DNA from: an uncultured bacterium
Lineage (GTDB): Bacteria; Krumholzibacteriota; Krumholzibacteriia; JACNKJ01
DNA length: 64,000 bases
Reading direction: 5' to 3'
Assembly: GCA_963695095.1 (NCBI GenBank)
Contig: CAVOFT010000001.1
Location: 3,264,001-3,328,000, forward strand
This document shows, piece by piece, positions 30,462-41,065 of the stretch (its first letter is position 1; every line of letters begins with the position of its first letter). The notes beneath the pieces are model-generated. The model was not told the origin of the DNA, did not search any database, and saw only the letters and a list, made by a program, of their open reading frames with translations. The translations under genes were made by a program, and so were the position numbers.

Positions 30462-31453
30462 TTGAGCGCTTCGTCTACCCGGCGGCCCTGGCGGCCCTCG
30501 CCCTGGTGCCCCTGCTCCTCGCCTGGCGCTGGTGGCGGCGGGACCGGCATCGCCTCGTCTTCACGGTGTCGGCAACGGCCCTGCATCGGCGGCAGGCCGG
30601 GCGCGGCCGCGTGGCCCTGCGCTACCTGCCCCCGGCGCTGCGCCTGACGGCCATCGCCCTGCTCGCCTTCGCGCTCGCGCGGCCCCAGGGCGGCACGCGC
30701 ACGCGTGAGGTGACCAGCGAGGGCGTGGACATCATCCTCACCCTGGACATCTCGACCTCGATGAAGGGCGAGGACTTCCGGCCGCGCAATCGCCTGGAGG
30801 AGGCCAAGGCCCAGGCCGCGGAGTTCATCGCCAAGCGCGAGAACGATCGCATCGGCCTGGTGCCCTTCGCCGGGCAGGCCTTCACGCAGTGTCCGCTGAC
30901 CCTCGATCACGGCCTGCTCGACCAGTTCCTCGGCCAGGTGAAGATGGGCGTCGTCGAGGACGGCACGGCCATCGGCAGCGCGCTGGCCACGGCCACCAAC
31001 CGCCTGCGCGAGTCCTCGGCCAAGAGCAAGGTGATCGTCCTGCTCACCGACGGCGACAACAATGCCGGCAGCGTCGATCCGCTCACGGCCGCCCGCGCCG
31101 CGGCGGCGATGGGCATCAAGATCTACACGATCGGCGTGGGCAAGGACGGCCGCGTGCCCTATCCCGTTGACGACATGCTCTTCGGCAAGCGCTACCAGTA
31201 CGTGATCTCCAACCTCGACGAGACGGTGCTGCGGGAGATCGCCGCCCTCACCCGCGGCCGCTACTTCCGCGCCGAGAGCAACGAGGCCCTCGCCCGCATC
31301 TACGCCGAGATCGACCAGCTCGAGCGCACGGAGGTGAGCAGCGTCGAGCGCGTGGACTACCATGAGGCCGGGCTGCGCTTCCTCCTGCCGGCGGTCCTGC
31401 TCCTGCTGCTCGAGTTCCTGCTCGCCCACACCCTGCTCCGGAGCGCGCTGTGA
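30458..31453 (+). CDS. batA: BatA-like VWA membrane protein
   Basis: ALARPQ, MIDAS DISTSM, GTAIG, LLTDG; ATGA overlap. Confidence 0.9.
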   Translation: MIERFVYPAALAALALVPLLLAWRWWRRDRHRLVFTVSATALHRRQAGRGRVALRYLPPALRLTAIALLAFALARPQGGTRTREVTSEGVDIILTLDISTSMKGEDFRPRNRLEEAKAQAAEFIAKRENDRIGLVPFAGQAFTQCPLTLDHGLLDQFLGQVKMGVVEDGTAIGSALATATNRLRESSAKSKVIVLLTDGDNNAGSVDPLTAARAAAAMGIKIYTIGVGKDGRVPYPVDDMLFGKRYQYVISNLDETVLREIAALTRGRYFRAESNEALARIYAEIDQLERTEVSSVERVDYHEAGLRFLLPAVLLLLLEFLLAHTLLRSAL

Positions 31454-32502
31454 TGGCGGGGCTCCTCTTCGGCATGAGCTTCGGCGAGCCGCACTACCTG
31501 CTGCTGCTCTGGCTGCTGCCCGCGGCCTTGCTCGTCGCGCTGCTGGCCGGTCGCGCGCGGGAGCGGGCGCGGGCGCGCCTGGCCGATCCCGCGCTCCTGG
31601 CGCGCCTGGTGCCCGGCTTCAGCGCCGGGCGGCGGCGCTGGAAGCTCTTTCTCTTCCTGGCGGGCTTCGGGCTGGCGCTCTTCGCCCTCGCGCGGCCGCA
31701 GATCGGCTCCGATCTGCAGGAGGTCAAGCGGCGCGGCCTGGATGTGCTCGTCGCCCTGGACACGAGCAACAGCATGCTGGCCGAGGATCTCAAGCCCAAC
31801 CGCCTGGGCGCGGCCAAGCGCGAGGTGGAGGACCTCTTCCGGCTGCTGCGCGGCAATCGCCTGGGGCTCGTCACCTTCGCCGGCGAGAGCATCACGAGCT
31901 GCCCGCTCACCCTGGACGCCTCGGCGGCCACGCTGTTCCTCGACGGGGTCAGCGTGAACAGCGTGCCCGTCCCCGGCACGAATCTCGAGAAGGCCATCCG
32001 CCGCTCGCTCACCGCCTTCGGCAGCCCCGAGAAGCGCTTCAAGGTGCTGATCCTGATCACCGACGGCGAGGGGCACGAGGGCGACGCCCTGGCCGCCGCC
32101 AAGGAGGCGGCCGAGGAAGGCGTGGTCATCTTCACCATCGGCATCGGCACGCTGGACGGCTCCACGGTGCCCCTGCGCGATCCCGAGACCGGTCTGCTGC
32201 GGGAGAACCTGCGCGATCGCTCGGGCAAGCCGGTCTTCACCCGCCTGAGCCGCCAGACGCTGCAAAAGGTGGCAGCCGCGACCGGCGGCGCCTACTATGA
32301 GTCCGGCGGCGGCAACCTCGAGCTGGATCACCTGCAGCAGACCATCGCGCAGATGGAGACCCGCGAGCTGAGCGGCCGCCAGGCGCGCAAGCCCATCGAG
32401 CGCTATCCGCTCTTCGTCGGCCTCGCGCTGGCAGCGCTGGCCGTGGAGTTCGCGCTCGCCGAGCGCCGCAAGGAGGAGACGGTATGGTCCGGACGGTTCT
32501 AG
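31453..32502 (+). CDS. batB: BatB-like VWA membrane protein
   Basis: ALARPQ.G, DTSNSM.AED..PNRL, LITDGE.H. Confidence 0.88.
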   Translation: MAGLLFGMSFGEPHYLLLLWLLPAALLVALLAGRARERARARLADPALLARLVPGFSAGRRRWKLFLFLAGFGLALFALARPQIGSDLQEVKRRGLDVLVALDTSNSMLAEDLKPNRLGAAKREVEDLFRLLRGNRLGLVTFAGESITSCPLTLDASAATLFLDGVSVNSVPVPGTNLEKAIRRSLTAFGSPEKRFKVLILITDGEGHEGDALAAAKEAAEEGVVIFTIGIGTLDGSTVPLRDPETGLLRENLRDRSGKPVFTRLSRQTLQKVAAATGGAYYESGGGNLELDHLQQTIAQMETRELSGRQARKPIERYPLFVGLALAALAVEFALAERRKEETVWSGRF

Positions 32503-33245
32503 CGGCCCTGCTCCTGGCCTTCGCCGCGGCGAGCGCCGGCGCGGCCGAGCCGGCCCCCGAGCCGCCGCGCGTTCCCGTCGGCACGGCGCGGGCCAATGCG
32601 AAGGCCAACGCGCTGGCCAGCGAGGGGAAGTTCGACGAGGCCGCCAAGCTCTATCGAGAGGAAGCGCTCAAGCGGCCGGAGAACGCCGTCCTCCAGCAGA
32701 ATCTCGCCGGGGCGCTCGCCCGCTCCGGGCAGATGGAAGAGGGCCTGGCCGCCTACCAGCAGGCCCTGCGCTTCGCCAAGAGCCCCGCTGCGAAGGCCGG
32801 CGTCCTCTACGATCTGGGCAATGCCCTGGCCGTGAGCGGCCAGCTCGAGCCCGCCCTGCAGACCTACATGGCCTCCATGCTGCTCGATCCCGAGGACATG
32901 GACGCGCGCCACAACTACGAGCGCGTCCTGGCCGAGCTGCAGCAGCAGGAACAGCAGCAACAGCAGCAAGAGCAACAGCAGGATCAGCAGCAGAACCAGG
33001 ACCAGCAGAGCCAGCAGCAGCAACAGCAAGAGGAGCGGCAGGAACAGAAGCAGGAACAGCCGCAGGACGCCGAGCAGGAGCAGCAACAGGAGCAGCAGAT
33101 GCAGCCGCTGCCCGAGGGCGAGCAGATGGACCCCGAGGACGCCCGCCGCCTGCTCGACGCCATGCTCGAGGAGGAGAAGGAGCTGCAGGCCGAGCGCAAT
33201 CGTCAGCTGCAGCCCCGCGATCCGCGCATCGAGAAGGACTGGTAG
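32484..33245 (+). CDS. batC: BatC-like TPR protein
   Basis: Signal peptide, TPRs, Gln-rich linker, C-terminal EKDW. Confidence 0.88.
   Translation: MVRTVLAALLLAFAAASAGAAEPAPEPPRVPVGTARANAKANALASEGKFDEAAKLYREEALKRPENAVLQQNLAGALARSGQMEEGLAAYQQALRFAKSPAAKAGVLYDLGNALAVSGQLEPALQTYMASMLLDPEDMDARHNYERVLAELQQQEQQQQQQEQQQDQQQNQDQQSQQQQQQEERQEQKQEQPQDAEQEQQQEQQMQPLPEGEQMDPEDARRLLDAMLEEEKELQAERNRQLQPRDPRIEKDW
32935..33105 (+). repeat. CAG-rich low-complexity tract encoding the Gln/Glu linker of BatC
   Basis: Imperfect (CAG)n run in coding frame. Confidence 0.7.
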
Positions 33246-33247
33246 CC

Positions 33248-35899
33248 ATGCGCCGGCGGCCCCTGCTCGTGTTCTGGATCCTGGTCGCGGCGCTGGCCAT
33301 CGGCCCGGCGCCCGCCCTGCGCGCCGAGGACGACGTGCGCATCGAGGCCGAGCTGGACACGCGCAACCTCGTCGAGGGCGAGTCCTTCAATCTCACGATC
33401 ACCATCGACGGCCCCATGCGCGGCAGCGAGACGCCGCTGATTCCCTCGCTGGCGGACTTCGCCCTCGCCGGCACGTCCAGCTCCAGCAGCTTCTCCTTCG
33501 TCAACGGCCAGACCAGCAGCTCGAAGATCTACCGCTACACGCTCGTGCCGCTCAGGAGCGGCAAGCTGGAGATCCCGGCCATCCCCGTGCGCGTGAAGGG
33601 CAAGGTCTACCAGACCAAGCCCTTCTCCTTGCAGGCGGCGCCGGCCGGCAGCGGAGCGCCGCAGCGGGGATCGCCACCGGCGGGACAACCTGCCGCCCCG
33701 CCCGCCGGGCGCCCAGGTCGCCAGGACGCCGGCGCCGGCAATCGCGAGGTCTTCGTCCGCTCCTGGCTGGACCGCGATCGCGTCTACGTGGGCCAGCAAC
33801 TCACCCACCACTTCGCCCTCTTCCGCCAGCCGACGGTGAGCTTCCTGGGCACGCCGCAGTACGCACCGCCCGAGTTCACCGGCTTCTGGACCGAGCCGCT
33901 CGGCGACGAGATCAGCGGCTTCCGCTCCGTCGACGGCGTGAGCTACGCGGCCACCGAGCTGCGCATGGCCCTCTTTCCCAGCGAACCGGGCACGCTCAAG
34001 GTGGGCGCCGCCGGCGTGCAGGTGCGCCTGCGCGATCGCAGCCGCTGGGACTTCTTCGCCTTCGACGCGGGGCCGGAGAAGCTCCTGCGCACGCCCGAGC
34101 TGAGCGTCGAGGTGCTGCCCTTGCCCGGCGAGGGGCGCCCCGCCGCCTTCCAGGGCACCGTGGCCGAGCAGCTCAGCGTGAACATGCGCGTCGACCCCGG
34201 CCCCTATGCGGTGGGCCAACCGCTCACGGTGACCATTCGCCTGACCGGTCTCGGCAACCCGCGGGCCTTCGGCGAGCCGACCTGGTCGCCAGGCGCCGCC
34301 TTCAAGGCTTATGACGCCGAGCTCCAGAGTCAGACCAAGGTGGACGGGGAGCGCATTCGCGTCGAGAAGCGCTTCACGCGCGTCATCGTCCCGCGCGAGG
34401 AAGGTCGCCTCGCGCTGCCGGGCCTCGAGTACGCCTGGTTCGATCCCGAGCAGGGCCGCTATCGCACGGCGACGACCCAGCCCACGACCTTGAGCGTGGC
34501 GCCCTCGACCGGGCAGGAGGCGGCGCCCGTCGTCTTCGGCGACCTCAGGCCCGACCGCGTGGAGTTGCTGGGCAAGGACATCCACCACATCAAGACCCAG
34601 CCCCTGCTGGCCGGCGACGGTGCGCGCTTTCCGCGCTCGCTCGGCTTCTGGCTCTTCCTCCTCACCCCCTGGCCCCTGGTCGCGGGCACCTGGATCTGGC
34701 GGCAGCGGCGCGACGCCGAGCTCGCCGACGCGGCCGGCACCCGCGCCCGCGGCGCGCTGCGCAGCGCCACCGGCCGCCTGCGCGCGGCCGAGCAAGCCCG
34801 GGCCGCGGGCGACTACGAGGGCTTCTGCACGGCGCTGGCCGGCGGCCTGCGCGGCTATCTGGCCGATCGGCTCAAGCTCTCCGCGGCGGGCCTCACCGAC
34901 GATGCCGCCGAGAGCGCGCTCGGCGCGGCCGGCGCCAGCGAGGAGGCCTGCGGCCTCACGCGCAGCCTGCTCGAGGATTGCGACTTCGCCCGCTTCGCGC
35001 CCGGCGCGGCCGAGATGCAGGGCGCGCGCATGGACGCCCTACTCGAGCGCGCGCGGCTGCTCATCGCCCGCCTCGATGGCGAGACGGCGGCGAGGCGCAG
35101 CGGGCGGCGCCTGCCGCGAGGGCTCGGGCTCTTCGCGCTGCTCGCCGGCGTCGCCTTCTGCGGGGTTGGCCTGGCCGCGGCGCCTCGCGCAGCCTGGGCC
35201 GCCGGCGATCCCACGCAGCGCATGGCCGATGCCGCGGCTCGCTACGAGGCCGGAGACATCGCCGGGGCCATGAGCGTCTGGGAATCGCTGGGCCGCGAGG
35301 GCCTGGCCGACAGCCGGCTCTACTACAACCTCGGCAACGCCTCCTACCAGCAGGGCGACATGGGCCGCGCCGTCCTCAACTATCGCCGCGCCCAGCGCCT
35401 GGCGCCCCGCGACGGCGAGCTGCGCGACAACCTCGCTCTCGCCCGGGCCCGCCGCGCCGACGGCGACCAGATGGCGGCCGGCGGCAGCGCCGCGGCCAGG
35501 GCTTGGCGCGGGCTGCGCGCGCGCGTCTCCCCGGGCGAGCTGGCGGTCTCGGGACTGGTCCTGCTCTGGCTGGCCGCGCTGCTGACCGTGGCCGGCATCC
35601 TGCGCTGGGCAAGCTGGCCGCGCCTGCGCTGGCCGCTCATCGCGCTCGGCATCGTGCTGCCGCTGGTTTCGATCGCGGCCTGGACGGCCGAGTGGCAGGA
35701 CTGGAGCGGCCGCGAGGCTGTGCTCCTCGCGCCGGCGGTGCAGGTGACCAGCGGACCGGGGGCGGACTTCCTCACCCTCTTCGAGGTTCACGCCGGCGCC
35801 GAGCTGCGCATCGAGGAGGAGCGCGGCGACTGGATGCGCGTCAGCCTCGGCGAGGCCCTCGAGGGCTGGATTCCGCGCGGCAGCTGCCAGACGCTCTAG
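33248..35899 (+). CDS. batD: BatD-family protein fused to BatE-like TPR/SH3 module
   Basis: BatD beta-domains, TM, CDFARFAP; then hydrophobic helix, YNLGNA.Y TPR and VHAG..L.I...GW SH3-like end. Confidence 0.87.
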   Translation: MRRRPLLVFWILVAALAIGPAPALRAEDDVRIEAELDTRNLVEGESFNLTITIDGPMRGSETPLIPSLADFALAGTSSSSSFSFVNGQTSSSKIYRYTLVPLRSGKLEIPAIPVRVKGKVYQTKPFSLQAAPAGSGAPQRGSPPAGQPAAPPAGRPGRQDAGAGNREVFVRSWLDRDRVYVGQQLTHHFALFRQPTVSFLGTPQYAPPEFTGFWTEPLGDEISGFRSVDGVSYAATELRMALFPSEPGTLKVGAAGVQVRLRDRSRWDFFAFDAGPEKLLRTPELSVEVLPLPGEGRPAAFQGTVAEQLSVNMRVDPGPYAVGQPLTVTIRLTGLGNPRAFGEPTWSPGAAFKAYDAELQSQTKVDGERIRVEKRFTRVIVPREEGRLALPGLEYAWFDPEQGRYRTATTQPTTLSVAPSTGQEAAPVVFGDLRPDRVELLGKDIHHIKTQPLLAGDGARFPRSLGFWLFLLTPWPLVAGTWIWRQRRDAELADAAGTRARGALRSATGRLRAAEQARAAGDYEGFCTALAGGLRGYLADRLKLSAAGLTDDAAESALGAAGASEEACGLTRSLLEDCDFARFAPGAAEMQGARMDALLERARLLIARLDGETAARRSGRRLPRGLGLFALLAGVAFCGVGLAAAPRAAWAAGDPTQRMADAAARYEAGDIAGAMSVWESLGREGLADSRLYYNLGNASYQQGDMGRAVLNYRRAQRLAPRDGELRDNLALARARRADGDQMAAGGSAAARAWRGLRARVSPGELAVSGLVLLWLAALLTVAGILRWASWPRLRWPLIALGIVLPLVSIAAWTAEWQDWSGREAVLLAPAVQVTSGPGADFLTLFEVHAGAELRIEEERGDWMRVSLGEALEGWIPRGSCQTL

Positions 35900-35907
35900 C
35901 GACTCGC

Positions 35908-37890
35908 CTAGCTCCGGCGCGCGCCCCCGAGGATCTCGAAGCGGGGGGGCGAGGGCGCCGTCTTGGCGGGTGCCCGCCGCTGCGACAGCAGCTCGAAGGC
36001 CGGCGCGGGCGCGGAAGCCGCGGGGCGGGCGGACATTCGCGTCGGCGCGGGCTCCCTCGGCGCCGATGTCGCGCCGGTTTCCCGCAGCGGGGCCATGCTC
36101 ACGTCGCGCACGGAGACCACCGAACCCGTCGCCGCCGGCAACAGCTCGAGCAGCTTGCGCGTGGCGCCGAGCTGGCGGGCGAGGGTGAGCAGCAACTCCT
36201 GCAACTCATCGATGCCCTTCTGCCAGGCGGCCAGCTCGGCCGGCCGCGACGCCTCCTTGCCCCGCAGCAGGCGCTGCGGCAGGCGCCCGAGTCCGCTCTG
36301 CAGGGCCGTCATCACGCCCACCGTGAGGTGCAGGGAGCTGGTGAGCTGCTGATAGCTGTGGGTGTCGACGCCCGCGCGCAGGCCGCTGCGCGGCAGGCGC
36401 GCGAGGCGCTGCTCCGTTTCGGCCAGGGGATCGATCAGCTGGCCGATCTCGCGGCCCAGGCGCGCGAAGACGTCCACGCCCTGCTTGACGGCGGGCGCGA
36501 GCGCGGCGTCCTCCCGGCAATGGCCGGCCTGCGACTCCAGGCCCCGCAGCAACTCGGCCAGTCCGGCCGCCCGCCGCAGGGCGTGCAGCGCGGAGCCCGG
36601 TCCCCGGCCGCCCAACGGATCGCGGCGATGTTCGGCCAGGGCCTCGCTGCCGTCGGCCAGGGCGTGGAGCGTGCCCTGCAGGGTGCCGAGCACGGTGGCG
36701 AGCAGTTCGTAGGCCTTCTCGGCCGGCGTGAGCGGTCCGCGCGGCGCGGCCATCGGGGGCCGCCTGGAGGGCAGGGGAAGCCGGACGGCAAGCCTCCGCT
36801 TCAGAAGGCCGAGCCCAAGCAGCAGCAGCACGACCAGCGCCGAGGTCGTGAAGACGCGGCCCGGCCAGGGGGCCATCTCCGTCAGGCTGGGCAGGGTCGC
36901 CAGCAATACCTGCCACTGGCGCTGGAAGGCTGCAGCGTGGGGCTGATAGGCGCGCAGGGTCCAGGTGGCGCCATCTCCGAGCACGATCGGGTAGTCGGCC
37001 ACGTCATACTCGAGGCTGCCGAGAGCGGGCTCGCCGCCCGCCAGCAGGCGGCCTTCGCCGTCCAGCAGGGCCACGGCGCTGCCGGCCTCGGCACCGGGCT
37101 CGCCGGCCGCAGCCTCGACGCGGGCCGCCAGAGGCGCGAAGCGCAGGCAGTGGCTGAGCAGGGCGACGAGCCGCCGACCCGCGAAGACGGGCACCGTCAC
37201 GCGCAGGCAGCCCTCCTCCTCGGGGTAGACGCGCAGCAGATCGGGGTCATCATCCGGCCCATCGATGCGCGGCTGGGCCTTGGCGCCCGCGGCCGCGAGG
37301 GCGAGGAACCAGGGGCGCTGGCGATAGTCGTCGATGTAGAGGCTCTGCGTCGCCAGGGGCTGCTCGGCGGCGTCGTGCGCATTGATGGCGACGAGCTGGC
37401 CATCGAGATCCACGAGCTGGGTGAGCAGGAGGCCGTCGACATTGGCCACCGTGCGATCCATCAGGGCGACGATCGCGTTGTCCTGCCAGGGCCGGTACCA
37501 GTGCTCGTGATGGCGGAAGAGCGGGTCGCCGGCGTAGGCCGCCATGAAGTCGCGCTGCCGCGCAAGCTCGCCCTCGATCTGGGTTGCCAGCAGCGCCGGT
37601 GCGGTTTCAGCGGCCGGCAGCGCGGTGCCCGGAGCCGGGAGGGCAGGGCCGCAGAGGACCAGGAGCAGGAAGGCAGCAGGCCGCAGGCGGCGGGATCGCT
37701 GACGAGCTGGCACCAGGCACCCCCGAGCTGGGGCGGCGAAGGTGGCGGACGCTTTTCGTCCAGCCGGCGGATCGGGATCGACCGCCGGCCGCCACCCGGG
37801 CGGCGGGCCTTCGGCGGCGCCCTCGGCAAGCGCTTGAGCCGCCACGCCTTGGACGCCAGGCCCGCGCGTTGCCGCCGCGGACAAGCTCAC
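35908..37890 (-). CDS. Membrane protein with Cache-like extracellular sensor and helical cytoplasmic region (start uncertain, likely nearer 37713)
   Basis: LVDLDG.LVAIN...DY..RPWF sensor-like pattern, TM helix, amphipathic helices. Confidence 0.6.
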   Translation of the reverse strand: MSLSAAATRGPGVQGVAAQALAEGAAEGPPPGWRPAVDPDPPAGRKASATFAAPARGCLVPARQRSRRLRPAAFLLLVLCGPALPAPGTALPAAETAPALLATQIEGELARQRDFMAAYAGDPLFRHHEHWYRPWQDNAIVALMDRTVANVDGLLLTQLVDLDGQLVAINAHDAAEQPLATQSLYIDDYRQRPWFLALAAAGAKAQPRIDGPDDDPDLLRVYPEEEGCLRVTVPVFAGRRLVALLSHCLRFAPLAARVEAAAGEPGAEAGSAVALLDGEGRLLAGGEPALGSLEYDVADYPIVLGDGATWTLRAYQPHAAAFQRQWQVLLATLPSLTEMAPWPGRVFTTSALVVLLLLGLGLLKRRLAVRLPLPSRRPPMAAPRGPLTPAEKAYELLATVLGTLQGTLHALADGSEALAEHRRDPLGGRGPGSALHALRRAAGLAELLRGLESQAGHCREDAALAPAVKQGVDVFARLGREIGQLIDPLAETEQRLARLPRSGLRAGVDTHSYQQLTSSLHLTVGVMTALQSGLGRLPQRLLRGKEASRPAELAAWQKGIDELQELLLTLARQLGATRKLLELLPAATGSVVSVRDVSMAPLRETGATSAPREPAPTRMSARPAASAPAPAFELLSQRRAPAKTAPSPPRFEILGGARRS

Positions 37891-37997
37891 CTGTGCAAGC
37901 GCCGTGCAGAGTCTGCCGCCCCGCTGGCCGCATGCAGCGGCTTGACAGCTTGGCCCACGCCGGGCTTCTCTCGCGCGGTCGTAGCTGGGGAGCGCGC

Positions 37998-39402
37998 ATG
38001 GTGAACGAGCAGGATCTGCCGGAGGCCGTGGACGAGGAGCTCGTCCGCCGCGCGACGCGCATCTCCACCGTGGAAGGCGCGCTGGCGCAGGTGCACTTCA
38101 CGATCGCCCAGCCGGGCAGCGTCTTCACGACGAAGTTCGCGCTGCTGCTCGGCGCCAGCCCGCTGCAGCTCGGCCTGCTCGCCGCCATCGGCCAGTTCGC
38201 GCTGCTCTTCCAGCCGCTCGGCAGCCTGCTCACCCGCAATCGCCGTTCGCGGCGCGGCACCGTGGTGGCCTGGGCAGCCAGCAGCCGCCTCCTCGTGTTC
38301 GGCTTCGGACTCGGCGCCCTGTTCCTGGCGCCGACCGCCGCACTCGCGCTCTTCCTGGTCCTGCTGCTGCTCAGTGCGGTGACCCAGGCCGTGAGCGCCA
38401 ACATGTGGGTGGCCTGGATCAGCGACCTCATCCCGAAGTCGATCCGCGGGCGCTTCTTCGCGCGGCGCTCGCAGTGGCTGCTGGTGGCGGGGACCCTGGC
38501 CGGCGCGGCGCTGGGCCTGCTCGTCGACGGCATGCAGAAGGCGGGCGCCTGGCCGCTGCTCGCCCGGCCGGCCTGGGCCCGCGCCGACAACCTGCTGCCG
38601 GCCTTCGCCTGGCTCTTCGCCGGCGCGGCGCTGGTCGGCGGCATCGGGCAGCTTGCTGCTGTGGCGCCAGCCCGAGCAGCCGAAGCCGCGCGAGGTGGAC
38701 AGCGCCGCCACCTTGCTCCTGGCGCCCTTTCGCGATCCGAACTTCCGCCGCCTGCTCGTCTTCGCCGTCTGGTGGATGCTCGCCGTCGGCGTCGGCGCGC
38801 CCTTCTGGCAGCCCTTCATGATCGACAACCTGGCGATGCCCCTGGTCGAGATCCAGATCTACAGCGCGATCAGCACCGCGGCCTCGCTGCTGTCGCTCAG
38901 CTTCTGGGGTCGCCTCGTCGACCGGCTGGGCAACCGCACGGCGATGGCGCTGTCCATCATCATGGGCGGCTTCATCCCCCAGGCCTGGCTCTTCGTGGGG
39001 CCGGGAGACTACGGCATCCTCTACGTGGAGGCCCTCTTCTCGGGAGTGATGTGGGCGGGAGCGGGCCTCGTGGGCACGAACTTCGTGCTCGCCATCGCGC
39101 CGGCCAACCGGAGACAGGCCTACGCCGGCCTCTACGGCGCCTGCGCGGGGCTCGCCATGATGGTCACCATGCTGCTCTCGGGCGCCTTCCTGCCGCGGCC
39201 GATCGACATCGGGCCAATGCACCTGCAGTCCGAGCAGGTGCTCTTCGGCGCCACGGGCTTGCTGCGCTGGACGGCGCTGATCCCGCTCTTGCTCATCGCC
39301 GAGCCCCAGGTGCCGACGACCGCCGAGGCCTTCGTCACGCTGCAGAACTACGCGCGGGTGCGCATCGCCATGGCCGTGGGACGCATCGCCCGGCGGCGCT
39401 GA
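37998..39402 (+). CDS. MFS transporter (one frameshift near 38650)
   Basis: WISDLIP..IRGRFF.RR in the first frame; PFRD.NFRR and WGRLVDRLGNR in the +1 frame. Confidence 0.85.
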
Positions 39403-39556
39403 GCGGGTCGGCAACCCGCAGGTGCAGGCGGCAGCCCACCCCGGCCCTGCCGGTCTCGCCATTCTCGCGAAACCCTGCGCAGTCCCTCCCGGTCCAAACG
39501 GGCGTACCCCCAACAGCCCGTAGCCACTCTCACCGACGCTCCGGAGGATTCACGGC

Positions 39557-41041
39557 ATGAGACCACTTCGCCTCCCGATCCTGCTCGCCTTCACCGTGGC
39601 GGCCGCGCCGGCAGCGGCCGGCGTGCAGCAAGTCGCCGACCCGGCCTTCCATGTCGCCGTCGCGCAGCCGGCCTTCACCGAAAGACCGCTGCGGGTGCTC
39701 TTCGACGAAGCCCACCACAACTTCCACTCGCTGCAGGGGCGCTACCGCCCCTTCGCTGCGCTGCTCGAGGCCGATGGTTGCCGACTCACGCCCGGCACGC
39801 AGCCCTTCACGCGCTCGCTACTGGCCGCCTGCGACCTGCTCGTGATCGTCAACGCAGCGGGCGATGACCTCGTCGCCGGGACCGAGGCCTCGGTCGCTCG
39901 CGCGGCCTTCACCCCCGCCGAGATCGAGGCCGTGCACGTCTGGGTCGAGGCGGGCGGCCGCCTCTTCCTGATCGCCGGGCACACGCCCTTCGGCGAGGCC
40001 GCCGCGTGCCTTGCCCAGCGCTTCGGCGTGGACATGGGCAGGGGCTTCACCCTGGACAGCACGCTGGCGCTGGCCGGTCAGCAGAGTCCCTTCGTCATGG
40101 ACTTCACGCGGGCAGGCGGCAGGCTGGGCGAGCATCCGATCATGGCGGGCCGCAGTGCCGCGGAGGAGATCACCAGGTTGATCGCCTTCACGGGCCAGTC
40201 GCTGCGGGGCCCGCGGGACGCGACGCCGCTTCTCCTGCTGTCCCCGGCCGCCCTCGACCTGCCGCCCTCGGCGCAGGCCGCCGGGGACGACCTGGAGGCG
40301 ATGCACCGGCTAGCCCTGCCGGCGGCGGGCCGCGCCGTCGGCGTCGCGCTCGTGGCCGGCCAGGGGCGTGTCGTCGTGATCGGAGAGCCCGGCATGCTGA
40401 CGGCCGAGATCGTCACCGAACCGGACCGCGAGCCGCAGCGGATCGGGATGAATGTCGCGGGCACCGACAATGTGCAGTTCGTGCTGAACATCGTCCACTG
40501 GCTGGCCGGCCTCCTGCCGGCGGACGCGGAGCCGGCGGGCGCCGTGGACGCGGTGGGGCTCGCGGATCGCTCGCGGCCGGAGGCCGCGCCGCCGTCCGCA
40601 GCAAACCCGGCGGCGACCGGCACCCTGCCGGACTTCTCGGGCACCTGGCGCCTCGCCGCGCAGGAGACGGAGGCCTGGCGCGGGCAGGGCTCGATCGGCA
40701 ATCATGAGGAGCCCGTGCGCATCGAGCAGACGGCGACGCAGCTCTCGTTCGCGGTGCAGTCCGCCGATCCGACGGGTCGCTTCCACTACGACCTGATCCC
40801 GAAGGCCGGCACGGGCGGCCCCAAGCAGGATGCTGAGCAGTGGAGTTCCGCCACCTGGGACGGCCAGAAGCTCGTCACGCGCGGACACCGCCTGTTCAAC
40901 ACGCCGAAGGGGCCCAAGGCCTACGACTTCGAAGAGGAACGCAGGCTCCTGCCGGGCGGCGAGCGGATGCAGGTCAAGACGCGGATCGAGATGTGGCCTT
41001 CCGATCTGGTTCGCAGCACCGAGTACGAGCGCGTGCACTGA
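39557..41041 (+). CDS. Secreted protein: DUF4350/GATase-like domain plus C-terminal beta domain
   Basis: Signal peptide; VLFDEAHHNFH, WV..GG.L.LI, DN.QF.LN..HWL; DFSGTW; GGAGG RBS. Confidence 0.75.
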   Translation: MRPLRLPILLAFTVAAAPAAAGVQQVADPAFHVAVAQPAFTERPLRVLFDEAHHNFHSLQGRYRPFAALLEADGCRLTPGTQPFTRSLLAACDLLVIVNAAGDDLVAGTEASVARAAFTPAEIEAVHVWVEAGGRLFLIAGHTPFGEAAACLAQRFGVDMGRGFTLDSTLALAGQQSPFVMDFTRAGGRLGEHPIMAGRSAAEEITRLIAFTGQSLRGPRDATPLLLLSPAALDLPPSAQAAGDDLEAMHRLALPAAGRAVGVALVAGQGRVVVIGEPGMLTAEIVTEPDREPQRIGMNVAGTDNVQFVLNIVHWLAGLLPADAEPAGAVDAVGLADRSRPEAAPPSAANPAATGTLPDFSGTWRLAAQETEAWRGQGSIGNHEEPVRIEQTATQLSFAVQSADPTGRFHYDLIPKAGTGGPKQDAEQWSSATWDGQKLVTRGHRLFNTPKGPKAYDFEEERRLLPGGERMQVKTRIEMWPSDLVRSTEYERVH

Positions 41042-41065
41042 GGCTAACGACCGGCGGCGGCACGC

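Noticed and set aside
32935..33105. CAG repeat as a CRISPR or contingency locus
   Set aside because: Ordinary Gln-rich BatC linker; no repeat-spacer structure
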